A DNA stretch of 64,000 nucleotides from an uncultured Mobiluncus sp. (GCF_947254095.1 NZ_CAMYBV010000003.1:32565-96564), one strand, 5' to 3'; shown: positions 1-9,527, counted from the first letter of the stretch. Notes: generated by a model from the letters alone, not told the origin. A program made the numbers and translations.

Positions 1-1290
1 CGCCCCAGGCCAGCACTCCCGCATAGAGGGTCGAGCCGGTGGGACCCACGTTCACCAGGCGTCCCGGCCCTAGTGAACCGCTGACAAACCACACGATGAG
101 CAGCCCACCCACCAGCAGTCCCGCCAGGAACAGGGCGAGGGACAACGCGGTGTCAGCCAATCCGAGCTGGTGACGTCCGCCGAGGTAAAGGCCCAAGCCA
201 ATCGCTAGTGCTACCGGAAAAATCAGGGGCCACCACCCTACCGGCCCATCCGGCAGCCACGCCAACACCGGCACCGGCGGCAAGTCGCCCCCGATGACCT
301 GACCGGGAGAAAACACTGTTCCCTGACCCAAGCTGAGGCCCGGACCGGTTATCCACGCGATACCCCACACCAGCAGGGTCGGCAGGTAAGCGAGGAGGGC
401 CAAGAACATCGCCACGGAACCGAGCGCGTCCGGTTTCAGTCCGGTCCAGATGGTGCGCATTTGCTCCCAGCCGGTAATCAAGCCCACGACCAGGAAAACC
501 GCGGATAGCGCCGCGCCTCCCCCAGCCAGCACGCGCAGGCAGCGACCCGCCAGGCTCAGCCACGGCCACGGCTCACCCTCGGGGAAAAACACGGTCACAT
601 TCCACCAGGTCAGATGCCTGGCGACGACAAAGAACACTATCACCGCAAAGAACAGCGAGAAAATGAACGCGCGCCACACCACCAGGGAAACCGCGGCAAA
701 CCCTAGGCAAGCCCAGGTCGGAAAGAGGAACGCCAACAGTCCCCAAGCCAAAGCGGCGACATTCGCCGGTTTCGCCGCCCGCAGACTCGCGGCCAACATC
801 AGCCCCATCAGCAGGGTGAGCCCCCACGGAGTCAAGGAAAACCGCATCGTTTCGCTGGAAAATTCGGCACGGAACGCGGCGGCAAAAATAGCGTTGCCCA
901 CCGCTAGGACGTCGCTCCACTTCGTGCCTTTTTCCGAGGGAGTAGCGGCTGTGGGCATCCACACCGCTATCGCCAAGAGCACCAGCACCGCCCAGCTGAT
1001 TGCCCAAGTCTGGAACCCCAGCCACAGGGAACGCCAGGTTCCAGCAGGGAACAGTTCGGCGCGGGTAGGTTTGTGGAAAACGGAACGAAATGCGGAGCGG
1101 AAATCGGGGTGGCGGAACCGTTTCGTCGCGTTCAGTCCCGCGGCACCGGTGCCGGTAGAGCCGGCGGGCGAACCGGAGCGTTCCTGGCTGAGTTCGGTCG
1201 GCAGGGATTGGCCATCAGGAGCGGTGGTGACGCGGCGCTGGCGCCTCCCCGGGCGAGTTGGGGGACGCTGACCAGGACGGTTAGACCGTG
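1..1290 (-). CDS. Polytopic membrane protein with Pro/Arg-rich cytoplasmic N-terminus (PerM/DUF6350-like?). Partial: the 3' end lies beyond the window start.
   Basis: Manual translation of the minus strand from ATG at 1290 (RBS GGAGGAG 6 nt upstream) gives an open frame to position 1 with many hydrophobic helices (e.g. WAISWAVLVLLAIAVW, LFFAVIVFFVVA). It is absent from the ORF table only because no stop codon falls inside the window. It lies downstream of sucCD, where mycobacteria carry PerM; the family assignment is inference. Confidence 0.6.
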
Positions 1291-1383
1291 CGTCCATAAC
1301 TCTCCTCCCTGGCGCAGTGAGCCGCGCCTCATCCAACCTAAGTATAGGAAACCCTCAGAACCGCGCGGACTTGCCGCGCCGAA

Positions 1384-1585
1384 GCGGCCCGGCACACCGC
1401 CCTATTGCCTGGCGCGCCGGCGAAACCCGCCGCAACGCCCATTGTCCGGCGCGACGCCCTAGTGAATCTCAGACCGTAAACGACCCCCACGGCCCAGCAC
1501 ACCGCCCTTGTGAATCCCGCGCCATAAACCACCCACGCGACCTGGCGTGCCGCCCCATAGCCCGCCGCAACGCCTTGTGAACAGG
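1384..1585. repeat. Degenerate tandem repeat array in the sucD-to-membrane-protein intergenic region
   Basis: Repeated units seen directly: CGGCCCRGCACACCGCCCT (1384, 1488); CCCGCCGCAACGCC (1427, 1562); CGCCCTAGTGAATC (1455); CGCCCTTGTGAATCC (1504); CGCCTTGTGAACAGG (1571). Confidence 0.5.
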
Positions 1586-1647
1586 CAAAAAGGACGCGGC
1601 CAAAACCTCAGTTCCGACCGCGCCCCATTGAAAGCTAGGGCAAAACC

Positions 1648-2571
1648 CTATTTGCTCTGCATGATTTCACGGGCGATGCGCGCAGTTTCGCTCGGCGTCT
1701 TGCCGACGCGCACCCCGACAGCCTCGAGCGCTTCTTTCTTGGCCGCCGCAGTCCCTGAGGAACCGGAGACGATAGCGCCGGCGTGCCCCATGGTCTTGCC
1801 CTCGGGAGCGGTAAAGCCCGCCACGTAGCCGACGACCGGCTTAGTGACGTGCTCTTTGATGTAGGCAGCCGCGCGTTCCTCAGCGTCCCCGCCGATTTCA
1901 CCAATCATGACGATCAGTTCGGTTTCGGGATCCTTTTCGAAAGCCTCGAGGGCGTCGATGTGGGTCGTGCCGATAATCGGGTCCCCGCCGATACCGATGC
2001 AGGTGGTAAAGCCCAGGTCGCGCAGTTCGTACATCATCTGGTAGGTCAGAGTGCCGGACTTGGACACCAAGCCGAGCTTGCCGCGCGGGGTGATGTCGCC
2101 AGGGGTGATGCCGACGTTGGACTTGCCGGGGCTGATGATACCGGGGCAGTTCGGGCCAATCATGCGCACGCCGTGGGACTTCGCGTAGGCGAAAGCGGCG
2201 TTCGTGTCCTGGACGGGAATGTGCTCGGTGATGACCACCACCAGTTCCATACCGGCGTCCACGGCTTCGATGATGGCGCCTTTCGCGCCGGCCGGGGGCA
2301 CAAAGATGACCGAAGTGTTCGCGCCGGTCGCGGCCTTGGCGTCAGCAACCGTGCCGTACACCGGGACGCTGACGGTGCCGCCCTGGACCGAATCAGCCAG
2401 CGGGCCGTAGGGAACGACGTCGAATTCGACGGTAGTTCCGGCCTTTTTCGGGTTCGTGCCAGCGACCACCTTGGTGCCGTAAGCGAGCATCCGTGTCGTG
2501 TGCTTGCGGCCTTCCGAACCGGTCATGCCCTGGACAATTACTTTGGAGTTCTCATCAAGAAAAATCGACAT
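1648..2571 (-). CDS. sucD: Succinyl-CoA synthetase alpha subunit
   Basis: Translation carries SucD sequence ([25 protein letters not shown]..., CoA-binding and CoA-ligase motifs). AAAGGAGAAG RBS before the ATG. Immediately follows sucC. Confidence 0.95.
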   Translation of the reverse strand: MSIFLDENSKVIVQGMTGSEGRKHTTRMLAYGTKVVAGTNPKKAGTTVEFDVVPYGPLADSVQGGTVSVPVYGTVADAKAATGANTSVIFVPPAGAKGAIIEAVDAGMELVVVITEHIPVQDTNAAFAYAKSHGVRMIGPNCPGIISPGKSNVGITPGDITPRGKLGLVSKSGTLTYQMMYELRDLGFTTCIGIGGDPIIGTTHIDALEAFEKDPETELIVMIGEIGGDAEERAAAYIKEHVTKPVVGYVAGFTAPEGKTMGHAGAIVSGSSGTAAAKKEALEAVGVRVGKTPSETARIAREIMQSK

Positions 2572-2586
2572 TGTGGTGCTTCTCCT

Positions 2587-3747
2587 TTACTTCGCGGCCA
2601 GTTGTGCAGCCTTGTCGGCGGCTTCGTCCATCGTTTCCATCATGGTGACCAAGGGGTGGTTGGCGGCTTTCAGAATCGCGCGCCCCTCCTCGACCTTGTT
2701 GCCGTCCAGGCGCACCACCAGGGGTTTCGTCGCCTGGTCGCCCAGAATCTGGAGCGCGCCGATGATGCCGTTCGCGACCTCGTCGCACGCCGTGATACCG
2801 CCGAAAACATTGACGAAACAGGACTTGACCTGCGGGTCGGTCAAGATTACATCCAGACCTTTCGCCATGACCTCGGCCGAGGCGCCCCCGCCGATGTCCA
2901 AGAAGTTCGCGGGCTTAGTGCCATACTTTTCCCCGGCGTAGGCCACCACGTCCAGGGTGGACATAACCAAACCGGCGCCGTTACCGATAATGCCGACCTG
3001 GCCTTCCAGGCGCACGTAGTTCAACCCGGCCTCCTGAGCCTTAAGTTCGCGCTCGTCAGCCGCCTTGTGGTCGACCAGTTCGTTGTGCTCGGGGTGACGG
3101 TAGCGGGCGTTATCGTCGAGGGTCATCTTGCCGTCAAGGGCGATGATGTCGCCCTGCCGGGTTGCCACCAGCGGGTTTACCTCCACCAGGGTGGCGTCCT
3201 CACCGGTGTAAACCTCCCACAGTTTCAGGAAAACCGGAGCGACCTTCGCGGCGGTTTCCGGGTCGAATCCGGCTTCATCGGCAATCTGGCGGGCCACGGC
3301 CGCGTCCATGCCGGAGGCGGGAATCGGCACCTTCGCCAGCGCTTCGGGCTTTTCTTTGGCGAGCTGCTCGATTTCCATGCCGCCTTCGACCGAGCACATC
3401 GCCAGGTTCTGGCGGTTCGCGCGATCGAGCAGAATCGAGAAATAGAACTCTCGGTCGATGTCGGCTCCGGCCGCCACCATCACGCGGTAAACAGTGTGGC
3501 CTTTAATGTCCATACCCAAAATTGCCTGGGCGTTAGCCTCGGCTTCCTCCGCGCTGCGAGCCAGCTTAACGCCACCCGCCTTACCGCGGCCACCGGTCTT
3601 AACCTGGGCTTTTACCACTGCCAGCGGAGCGTCCAAGGCGATGAAAGCAGCCTTGGCCTCCTCCACAGTGCTTGCGACTTTGCCCGACAAAACCGGGACT
3701 CCATGCTTATCAAACAGGTCACGCGCCTGGTACTCGTAGAGGTCCAC
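2587..3747 (-). CDS. sucC: Succinyl-CoA synthetase beta subunit. Start assigned to the GTG encoding [12 protein letters not shown]; the ORF extends upstream to 3849, with an alternative ATG at 3783.
   Basis: ATP-grasp SucC sequence ([19 protein letters not shown]...). AAAGGAA 4-5 nt before the GTG at 3747. The sequence upstream of this is AT-rich non-coding-looking DNA. Confidence 0.93.
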   Translation of the reverse strand: MDLYEYQARDLFDKHGVPVLSGKVASTVEEAKAAFIALDAPLAVVKAQVKTGGRGKAGGVKLARSAEEAEANAQAILGMDIKGHTVYRVMVAAGADIDREFYFSILLDRANRQNLAMCSVEGGMEIEQLAKEKPEALAKVPIPASGMDAAVARQIADEAGFDPETAAKVAPVFLKLWEVYTGEDATLVEVNPLVATRQGDIIALDGKMTLDDNARYRHPEHNELVDHKAADERELKAQEAGLNYVRLEGQVGIIGNGAGLVMSTLDVVAYAGEKYGTKPANFLDIGGGASAEVMAKGLDVILTDPQVKSCFVNVFGGITACDEVANGIIGALQILGDQATKPLVVRLDGNKVEEGRAILKAANHPLVTMMETMDEAADKAAQLAAK

Positions 3748-3763
3748 GCTGTTCCTTTCATTG

Positions 3764-3796
3764 TAGAAATTATGTCTCGACATCGAGATATTTCTA
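3764..3796. promoter_or_regulatory. AT-rich nested inverted repeat TAGAAAT-N19-ATTTCTA (inner TCTCGA-N2-TCGAGA) in the sucC/ppk2 divergent control region
   Basis: Read directly: TAGAAATTATGTCTCGACATCGAGATATTTCTA. It lies in a locally AT-rich pocket between divergent sucC and ppk2. Confidence 0.3.
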
Positions 3797-3911
3797 GTGT
3801 ATCTAAAAAAAACAAATTTTCCACCCAGACAATCCCGGTCCAACCGCAAAAAATGTGTCTATGCTGGAGGCATGCCTTTTCAGCACGTTAGCGGAGCAAA
3901 GGAGCGTCGTC

Positions 3912-4898
3912 ATGTCAGACCACGGTAACCCGGAAAAACTGTTGAAGTCCAGGCCGGAGCCACCCCTGAAAGTCCCCAATAAAATCTATGAAACTGAGCT
4001 GTACCGGCTGCAAACCGAGCTGGCAAAGCTGCAACGCTGGGTGAAACAAACCGGCGCCCGGATTGTAATCATCTTTGAAGGCCGGGACGCCGCCGGGAAA
4101 GGCGGGACCATCAAACGGCTGACCGAATACCTCTCGCCGCGTGTTGCCCGGGTCGTGGCGCTGCCCACCCCTACGGAACGCGAAAAAACCCAGTGGTATT
4201 TCCAGCGCTACATTTCCCACCTGCCCGCCGCGGGAGAAATCGTGATTTTTGACCGGTCTTGGTACAACCGTGCCGGGGTCGAAAAGGTCATGGGGTTCGC
4301 CACCCCGATTCAGGTGCAAAAGTTCATGCAGCAGTGCCCGACTTTTGAACGAATGCTGGTCGAGGACGGCATCATGCTGCGCAAATACTGGTTCTCGGTG
4401 TCCGACAAAGTGCAGTACGAGCGGTTTTCCCGGCGTTTGCACGATCCCTTGCGCCAATGGAAACTCTCGCCCATGGACTTGGAGTCCATCACCCGGTGGG
4501 AGGACTATTCACGGGCGAAAGACGAGATGCTGGTGCATACCGACACGACGGAATGCCCGTGGTATCAGGTGTCCTCGGACTCCAAGAAGGCCGCGCGGCT
4601 CAATATGATTGCCCACTTCCTGTCCACCATTCCCTATACGGATCTGCCCAGCGATACTGCCCCCATTACCTTGCCCGATCGTCCGCCGTCGAGCGGGTAT
4701 GTGCGCACGTCGTTTGAGACGGTTCGTTCCGTACCTAATCATGCCGCAGAAGTGGTGGGGCGCGCCAAAGCGGGGGAGATTCCGTTTGTGACGTTGGATC
4801 TCTCACCGGCTGATGCGGCGTCGCCGGCTGCCGACAGTGCTGAGGACGGCGAGGACGACAAGAAGAAGAAAAAGAAAAAGAAGAAAAAGAAGAAGTAG
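3912..4898 (+). CDS. ppk2: Polyphosphate kinase 2 family (polyphosphate:nucleotide phosphotransferase) with a C-terminal poly-lysine tail
   Basis: PPK2 hallmarks IVIIFEGRDAAGKGGTIKRLTEYLSPRVARVVALPTPTEREKTQWYFQRY and FDRSWYNRAGVEKVMGF. AAAGGAG RBS 7 nt before the ATG at 3912. The ORF ends ...EDGEDDKKKKKKKKKKKK. Confidence 0.9.
   Translation: MSDHGNPEKLLKSRPEPPLKVPNKIYETELYRLQTELAKLQRWVKQTGARIVIIFEGRDAAGKGGTIKRLTEYLSPRVARVVALPTPTEREKTQWYFQRYISHLPAAGEIVIFDRSWYNRAGVEKVMGFATPIQVQKFMQQCPTFERMLVEDGIMLRKYWFSVSDKVQYERFSRRLHDPLRQWKLSPMDLESITRWEDYSRAKDEMLVHTDTTECPWYQVSSDSKKAARLNMIAHFLSTIPYTDLPSDTAPITLPDRPPSSGYVRTSFETVRSVPNHAAEVVGRAKAGEIPFVTLDLSPADAASPAADSAEDGEDDKKKKKKKKKKKK
4858..4897 (+). repeat. (AAG/AAA)n simple sequence repeat encoding the K12 tail of PPK2
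   Basis: gacaagaagaagaaaaagaaaaagaagaaaaagaagaag, a purine-only tract in a ~70% GC genome. Confidence 0.8.
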
Positions 4899-4912
4899 CT
4901 GACTTCCGCTGC

Positions 4913-4945
4913 AGACCGGCCTCATCCGCCGGTCTGTAGCGTTTT
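4913..4945 (+). terminator. Intrinsic terminator after ppk2 (convergent with pcrA)
   Basis: Perfect 9-bp stem CAGACCGGC/GCCGGTCTG (4913-4921 and 4929-4937) with a 7-nt loop, followed by tagcgTTTTa. Confidence 0.6.
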
Positions 4946-7577
4946 AATCGACTGGAGTGAGTGGGGCAAAGTTCAACAACAACCGTTTGGCGGCGCCCGT
5001 GCGGAACTTCACGGTAGCGATGGTGCCTTTGCCTTGGCCCTCCAAGCCGATGACCTTGCCTTCCCCGTAGATGTCGTGGTGGACTCGCTGGCCGACGTGA
5101 AGTTCGGGAATCTTGCCAGCCGGTTTCGCTTTCGTGGTTTTCGCCGGCGAGGCGGTCGAGCCTTTGCCGCCCGCCAAGTCGCGCGCCGTAGTCAGCCCTA
5201 TCCGCGAGTTGGCGAACTTACCCCCGGACGTGGAGCTCGACCCTCGTGAACCGGAGGATTGCCGAGCGCCACGGTATGCGCCATAACCGCTCGTAGCTCC
5301 CCTGCGGCCGCCACGCCCACCGTAACCGTAAGCGGAGCTGGCGGGTTCGCCGTAGCCGCGGGACGCGAGCCCACCGAAATAGTCCACGGTGGTGGCTTCG
5401 CGCCGGTTATCGACCAGTTCAGCCGGTATATCTTCCAAGAACCGCGAAGCCGGCATGGTTACCGTCTCACCAAAAACCGTACGCGCGGCGCAACGGGTCA
5501 GGTACAGCCGCTGGCGCGCCCTGGTGACCGCCACGTAAGCGAGCCGACGTTCCTCTGCCACGTCCTGGGGATTGTCCAGGGAACGAGAATGCGGGAACAG
5601 TCCGTCCTCCATCCCGGTCACGAACACGGTGTTGAACTCCAGTCCTTTTGCGGTATGCACCGTCATCAGGGTCACTTCCGGCGAGGCCGTGGGGGGCGCG
5701 GGGTCAGCAGGGCGTTCGGGCTGGGCAGCGGTGTCGGGGAGCTGATCCGCGTCTGCGACCAGGGAAATCCGCTCTAAGAAATCCGCTAGGCGGGCATCGG
5801 GCTCGGAAAGGGAAAAGTCTTGCGCCACGTTACGCAACTCCGCCAGGTTTTCCACCCGTGCGTCGTCCTGAGGGTCGTTAGATTTCCGCAGTTTCGGCAG
5901 GTAGCCGCTGTCTTCCAGAGCCGTGTCCAAGATTTCGTCCAGGGGAGCGCCCGCCGCATCCAAAGCCCGCATGGCGTCCAAAACGCCCACGAACTGGGCA
6001 ATCCCCGTGCTGGCTTTCGCACTCAAGTCGCCGTGATGGGTTCCCCCCGGTAGGAATTGGCGCAAAGCCTGGCCGAAATCGAGGCTTTCACTCAGTGACA
6101 CCTCACGAATGGTCGCGACCGCTTTGTCTCCCAAACCGCGTTTTGGTTCGTTCAACACCCGTAGCAGGTTACCGTCATCGGCTGGGTTCGCCGCGGCGCA
6201 CAGGTAAGCGATAGCGTCCTTGATTTCGCGCCGGTCATAGAACTTGGTGCCGCCCACGACCCGGTAAGGGATGCCCTCTCGCGTCAGCATTTCCTCCAGG
6301 GAACGCGACTGGGCGTTGGTTCGGTAGAACACTGCGAATTCGTCCCAAGACGAGCCGTCCTGGCGCAGCGTGAGCAGCTCGCGGACGATGAAAGCGGCCT
6401 CGTCCCGGTCGGTGTCAGCCGCATACATCACGGCCTGCACGCCCTGCCCCGCTTCGGTCCAGAGATGCTTTTTCCGCCGGCCCTCGTTTTCCGAGATAAT
6501 CGCGTTCGCGACGGACAAAATCGTGCCGGTCGAACGGTAGTTTTGTTCCAGATAAACCGTGGTAGCGCCGGGGAAATCCGATTCAAATTCCTCAATGTTG
6601 CGAATCGTGGCGCCGCGGAAGGCATAAATCGACTGGTCCGAATCCCCCACTACCGTCAGTTCGGCAGGCGGCTGGGCCTCACCCGCCGCCCCCACCGTGA
6701 GCAAGCGGATGAGCTCATACTGCGCCGGGTTCGTATCCTGGTATTCGTCCACCAAAACATGACGGAATTTCGCTCGATATTGCGCCAAAATGTCGGGATG
6801 GGCTTTCCACAGATAGACCGTGGACGCAATGAGGTCGTCAAAATCGAACGCGTTGGCGCGACGCAGTAGCTGCTGATACTCGGTATAGATTTCGGCCGTG
6901 AGCTGGCTCATCTTGTCCACGCCAGTATCCCGCGCAAACACTTCGGGGGTGATGAGTTCATTTTTGGCTTGGGAAATTTTGGCGGCAAAAGACTTTGGGG
7001 TGAAACGTTTCGGGTCCAGCCCCCGACCCTTGATGATGCGCGTCAGCAGGGCTTTCGTGTCGGCGGTGTCATAGATGGAAAAGGATCGGGTCACCCCCAG
7101 GGTGTCAGCTTCGGAGCGTAAAATCCGCACGCAGGCACTATGGAAAGTCGACACCCACATATATTTCGCGGCGTTGCCGACCAGGGCTTCGACTCGTTCA
7201 CGCATCTCGGCGGCCGCCTTGTTGGTGAAAGTAATCGCCAGGACTTCCCAAGGGCGGATTCGCTCAGTCGCCAGCAGCCACGCAATCCGCCGAGTCAGCA
7301 CCCGGGTCTTGCCCGAACCCGCGCCTGCCATCACCAGGAGCGGACCGGACTCGTGGGTCACCGCGGCCTGCTGTTCCGGGTTCAGTCCGTCCACGATTGC
7401 CGCAACTTTGCGCGCCCGCCAGTCCTCGCGCTGCGCCGCGTCTACCCCGGACCAGTCCGCAAAACCGGAGGACATGTCGGGGGTTTCGGGCTGCGCGACC
7501 GCCCCCCGCGGCAGGGCTGCCGACACGGGAATCTCGTCGAGCGCCCCTTGTGAAATGGTAGAAAACAAATCATTCAT
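4944..7577 (-). CDS. pcrA: ATP-dependent DNA helicase PcrA/UvrD with Gly/Arg/Tyr-rich low-complexity linker and C-terminal Tudor-like domain
   Basis: UvrD motifs (AGAGSGKTRVLTRRIAWL, LAITFTNKAAAEMRERV, VDEYQDTNPAQY). Start taken at ATG 7577 (MNDLF...), overlapping the upstream gene's stop as ATGA. The ORF table extends to 7592. Confidence 0.9.
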   Translation of the reverse strand: MNDLFSTISQGALDEIPVSAALPRGAVAQPETPDMSSGFADWSGVDAAQREDWRARKVAAIVDGLNPEQQAAVTHESGPLLVMAGAGSGKTRVLTRRIAWLLATERIRPWEVLAITFTNKAAAEMRERVEALVGNAAKYMWVSTFHSACVRILRSEADTLGVTRSFSIYDTADTKALLTRIIKGRGLDPKRFTPKSFAAKISQAKNELITPEVFARDTGVDKMSQLTAEIYTEYQQLLRRANAFDFDDLIASTVYLWKAHPDILAQYRAKFRHVLVDEYQDTNPAQYELIRLLTVGAAGEAQPPAELTVVGDSDQSIYAFRGATIRNIEEFESDFPGATTVYLEQNYRSTGTILSVANAIISENEGRRKKHLWTEAGQGVQAVMYAADTDRDEAAFIVRELLTLRQDGSSWDEFAVFYRTNAQSRSLEEMLTREGIPYRVVGGTKFYDRREIKDAIAYLCAAANPADDGNLLRVLNEPKRGLGDKAVATIREVSLSESLDFGQALRQFLPGGTHHGDLSAKASTGIAQFVGVLDAMRALDAAGAPLDEILDTALEDSGYLPKLRKSNDPQDDARVENLAELRNVAQDFSLSEPDARLADFLERISLVADADQLPDTAAQPERPADPAPPTASPEVTLMTVHTAKGLEFNTVFVTGMEDGLFPHSRSLDNPQDVAEERRLAYVAVTRARQRLYLTRCAARTVFGETVTMPASRFLEDIPAELVDNRREATTVDYFGGLASRGYGEPASSAYGYGGRGGRRGATSGYGAYRGARQSSGSRGSSSTSGGKFANSRIGLTTARDLAGGKGSTASPAKTTKAKPAGKIPELHVGQRVHHDIYGEGKVIGLEGQGKGTIATVKFRTGAAKRLLLNFAPLTPVD

Positions 7578-8713
7578 GCCTGTTGAGCCCACTGTTCCGC
7601 TAGCGCTTTGATGCTGCTGAGCTTAGAGAACGGCAAAATTTCGCAGACCACACCGTCAGGGCCTTCGTAAGCAATGGCAAATTTAGCCTGGTCAGCCAGC
7701 GAAACAATGTCGATGGCGCCGTAGGTCTTCACATCGAAAATCGCTGCCTCACGAAACGAACGGGCCCCATCAACAGACAGCATCAACACGGTGCAATCCC
7801 CGTTGCACACCGTGCGTTCGCCGATGTAGCTGAACACTTCCGCATGAGGGGTGCCGGGGCAAGCTCCGTGAAACACTTCCTCAAGCGGGCTCATGATGTT
7901 GATGAGCCGGGAATCCATCGCGGCGGTGGGTTGCCCAAAAGTGTGGCCGCCATCGGTCGATTTTGCCCACGTTTTCACCGTCGAGCCTTGGGTTTTTATC
8001 AGCAGCATAACTTCGGTTCCGTCACTGTTGGACACCGCCGAACAATAATCTACATTCGCTCCCACCGGGGGTGAGGCCCACCAGCTGGCACCGTGGTCAT
8101 CCGAGCCGATAAACACCGCTTTGCGATCCCCTGACTCGTCCACGATGACACCCGCGTGGCACAAGCGCTGAGCCCACTGTCCCGACGTCAGTTGCGTGCC
8201 GCGCCCGCGCGGAATATACGCCATCGTAAAGTCCCGTCCGGCAATAATCATGGAAGTGATGTCTTGATTTTCCCAGGTCAAGCCGTCGTCATCGGTCCAC
8301 GCGACAAAGAGCGCAGTTTTTGCTTGGCGTGGATCCCAACCCGGCACCTCGGAACGGGTATAGAAACAAAACATTCGCCCGGTCACGCGGTCATGTAGGA
8401 ATGAGGGAACATGGAATCCGAGAAATTCCTGCGGGTTGCCCGCCGCCAGGGTGCGGGGTTCTTCCCAGGTCAAACCGTTGTCAAAAGACCGTGACAGGCA
8501 CAGACTGGTCGGGCACAGCCGGCGATAGTGCGGTTCCTCGGGGCTGGCCGGATTCGCGCCGGCGAGCTCAGCCTTGGTGCGAGTGGCGCACTCTGAGGGC
8601 AGCGCCTCCCACATCATCAGCAAAACCCGGCTGGAAGTGCGGGCAATAGCGGGATAGCGTGCTTGCGTGAAGCCGGAGGTAACATGGGGGGCTACCACGG
8701 TGCGCTGCATCAA
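7574..8713 (-). CDS. Exo-alpha-sialidase-like (GH33) six-bladed beta-propeller, with no signal peptide
   Basis: RIP-like motif ARYPAIARTSSRVLLMMWEA near the N-terminus, plus four Asp-box/BNR repeats (SFDNGLTW, TDDDGLTW, SDDHGASW, STDGGHTF). 379 aa corresponds to the minimal catalytic domain. Confidence 0.7.
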   Translation of the reverse strand: MMQRTVVAPHVTSGFTQARYPAIARTSSRVLLMMWEALPSECATRTKAELAGANPASPEEPHYRRLCPTSLCLSRSFDNGLTWEEPRTLAAGNPQEFLGFHVPSFLHDRVTGRMFCFYTRSEVPGWDPRQAKTALFVAWTDDDGLTWENQDITSMIIAGRDFTMAYIPRGRGTQLTSGQWAQRLCHAGVIVDESGDRKAVFIGSDDHGASWWASPPVGANVDYCSAVSNSDGTEVMLLIKTQGSTVKTWAKSTDGGHTFGQPTAAMDSRLINIMSPLEEVFHGACPGTPHAEVFSYIGERTVCNGDCTVLMLSVDGARSFREAAIFDVKTYGAIDIVSLADQAKFAIAYEGPDGVVCEILPFSKLSSIKALAEQWAQQA

Positions 8714-8812
8714 TAATCCTTTTCTATCCCGAAAATAATTGCGCCTTTACGTTATCATCTCGCAGCCGTTCACTTCACCTTGCGGCACGCCCGAGGAAGT
8801 TTCCCCTCACCC

Positions 8813-9514
8813 TCAACCAATGCGCCGGTCTTGGGCCCATTTAGACAGTTCGTAACGATTGGACAACTGCAGTTTGCGCAACACGGAGGACACGTGAGAT
8901 TCGACAGTTTTCACCGAAATATACAGCTCAGAGGCGATTTCTTTGTAAGCGAAACCGCGCGCGATGAGACGCATAACTTCAAACTCGCGCTCCGTAAGGG
9001 AATCGAGTTCGGAATCGGTGCCCACCATGTCGGTACGCGCCGCCCCAAACGCATCCAGCACGAAACCCGCCAGCCGAGGTGAGAAAGCCGCGTCTCCCCC
9101 CGCCACTCGGACAATGGCGTCAACCAGGTCAGGCGTGGCAATAGTCTTGGTCACGTAGCCGCGGGCTCCCGCCCGAATAACCGCCACCACGTCTTCTGCC
9201 GCGTCAGACACCGACAACGCCAGGAACCGGGTCGGCACCCCCATGCAGGCCGCCGCGACTTCTGCGCCCCCGCCGCCGTGACCGCCCGGCAAGTGCACAT
9301 CCAGCAGCGCCACCGCGGGAACGCCCTGGCGCACTGCGGCAATAGCGTCCTCCACGCTGTCCGCTTCCCCCACGACCTGGACTTCGTCGGGATACTTGCT
9401 CAGTTCCGCAATCACTCCCGCCCGAAACAGCCCGTGATCGTCGATGACCAGCACCGAAATGGGACGCTTCGAATGTTCCCCCGCAGCGGCCGGGTTCGCG
9501 TTTCCGTCACTCAT
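8813..9514 (-). CDS. Two-component response regulator, NarL/LuxR family (LiaR/VraR-like)
   Basis: Receiver domain (VLVIDDHGLFRAGV..., conserved Asp) and C-terminal LuxR HTH (EFEVMRLIARGFAYKEIASELYISVKTVESHVSSVLRKL). Confidence 0.9.
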   Translation of the reverse strand: MSDGNANPAAAGEHSKRPISVLVIDDHGLFRAGVIAELSKYPDEVQVVGEADSVEDAIAAVRQGVPAVALLDVHLPGGHGGGGAEVAAACMGVPTRFLALSVSDAAEDVVAVIRAGARGYVTKTIATPDLVDAIVRVAGGDAAFSPRLAGFVLDAFGAARTDMVGTDSELDSLTEREFEVMRLIARGFAYKEIASELYISVKTVESHVSSVLRKLQLSNRYELSKWAQDRRIG

Positions 9515-9527
9515 CGTTTGTCCTCCC

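Noticed and set aside
450-1271. 273-aa plus-strand ORF and two minus-strand ORFs (153-569, 573-1025) at the window start
   Set aside because: Arg/Pro/Ala-rich nonsense translations. The real gene here is the unlisted minus-strand membrane protein, whose frame stays open from 1290 to the window edge.
1783-3891. 702-aa plus-strand ORF spanning sucD and sucC on the opposite strand
   Set aside because: The translation is low-complexity Gly/Arg/Ala/Val-rich with no motifs. It is fully antisense to two well-supported genes. This is a typical long spurious frame in high-GC DNA.
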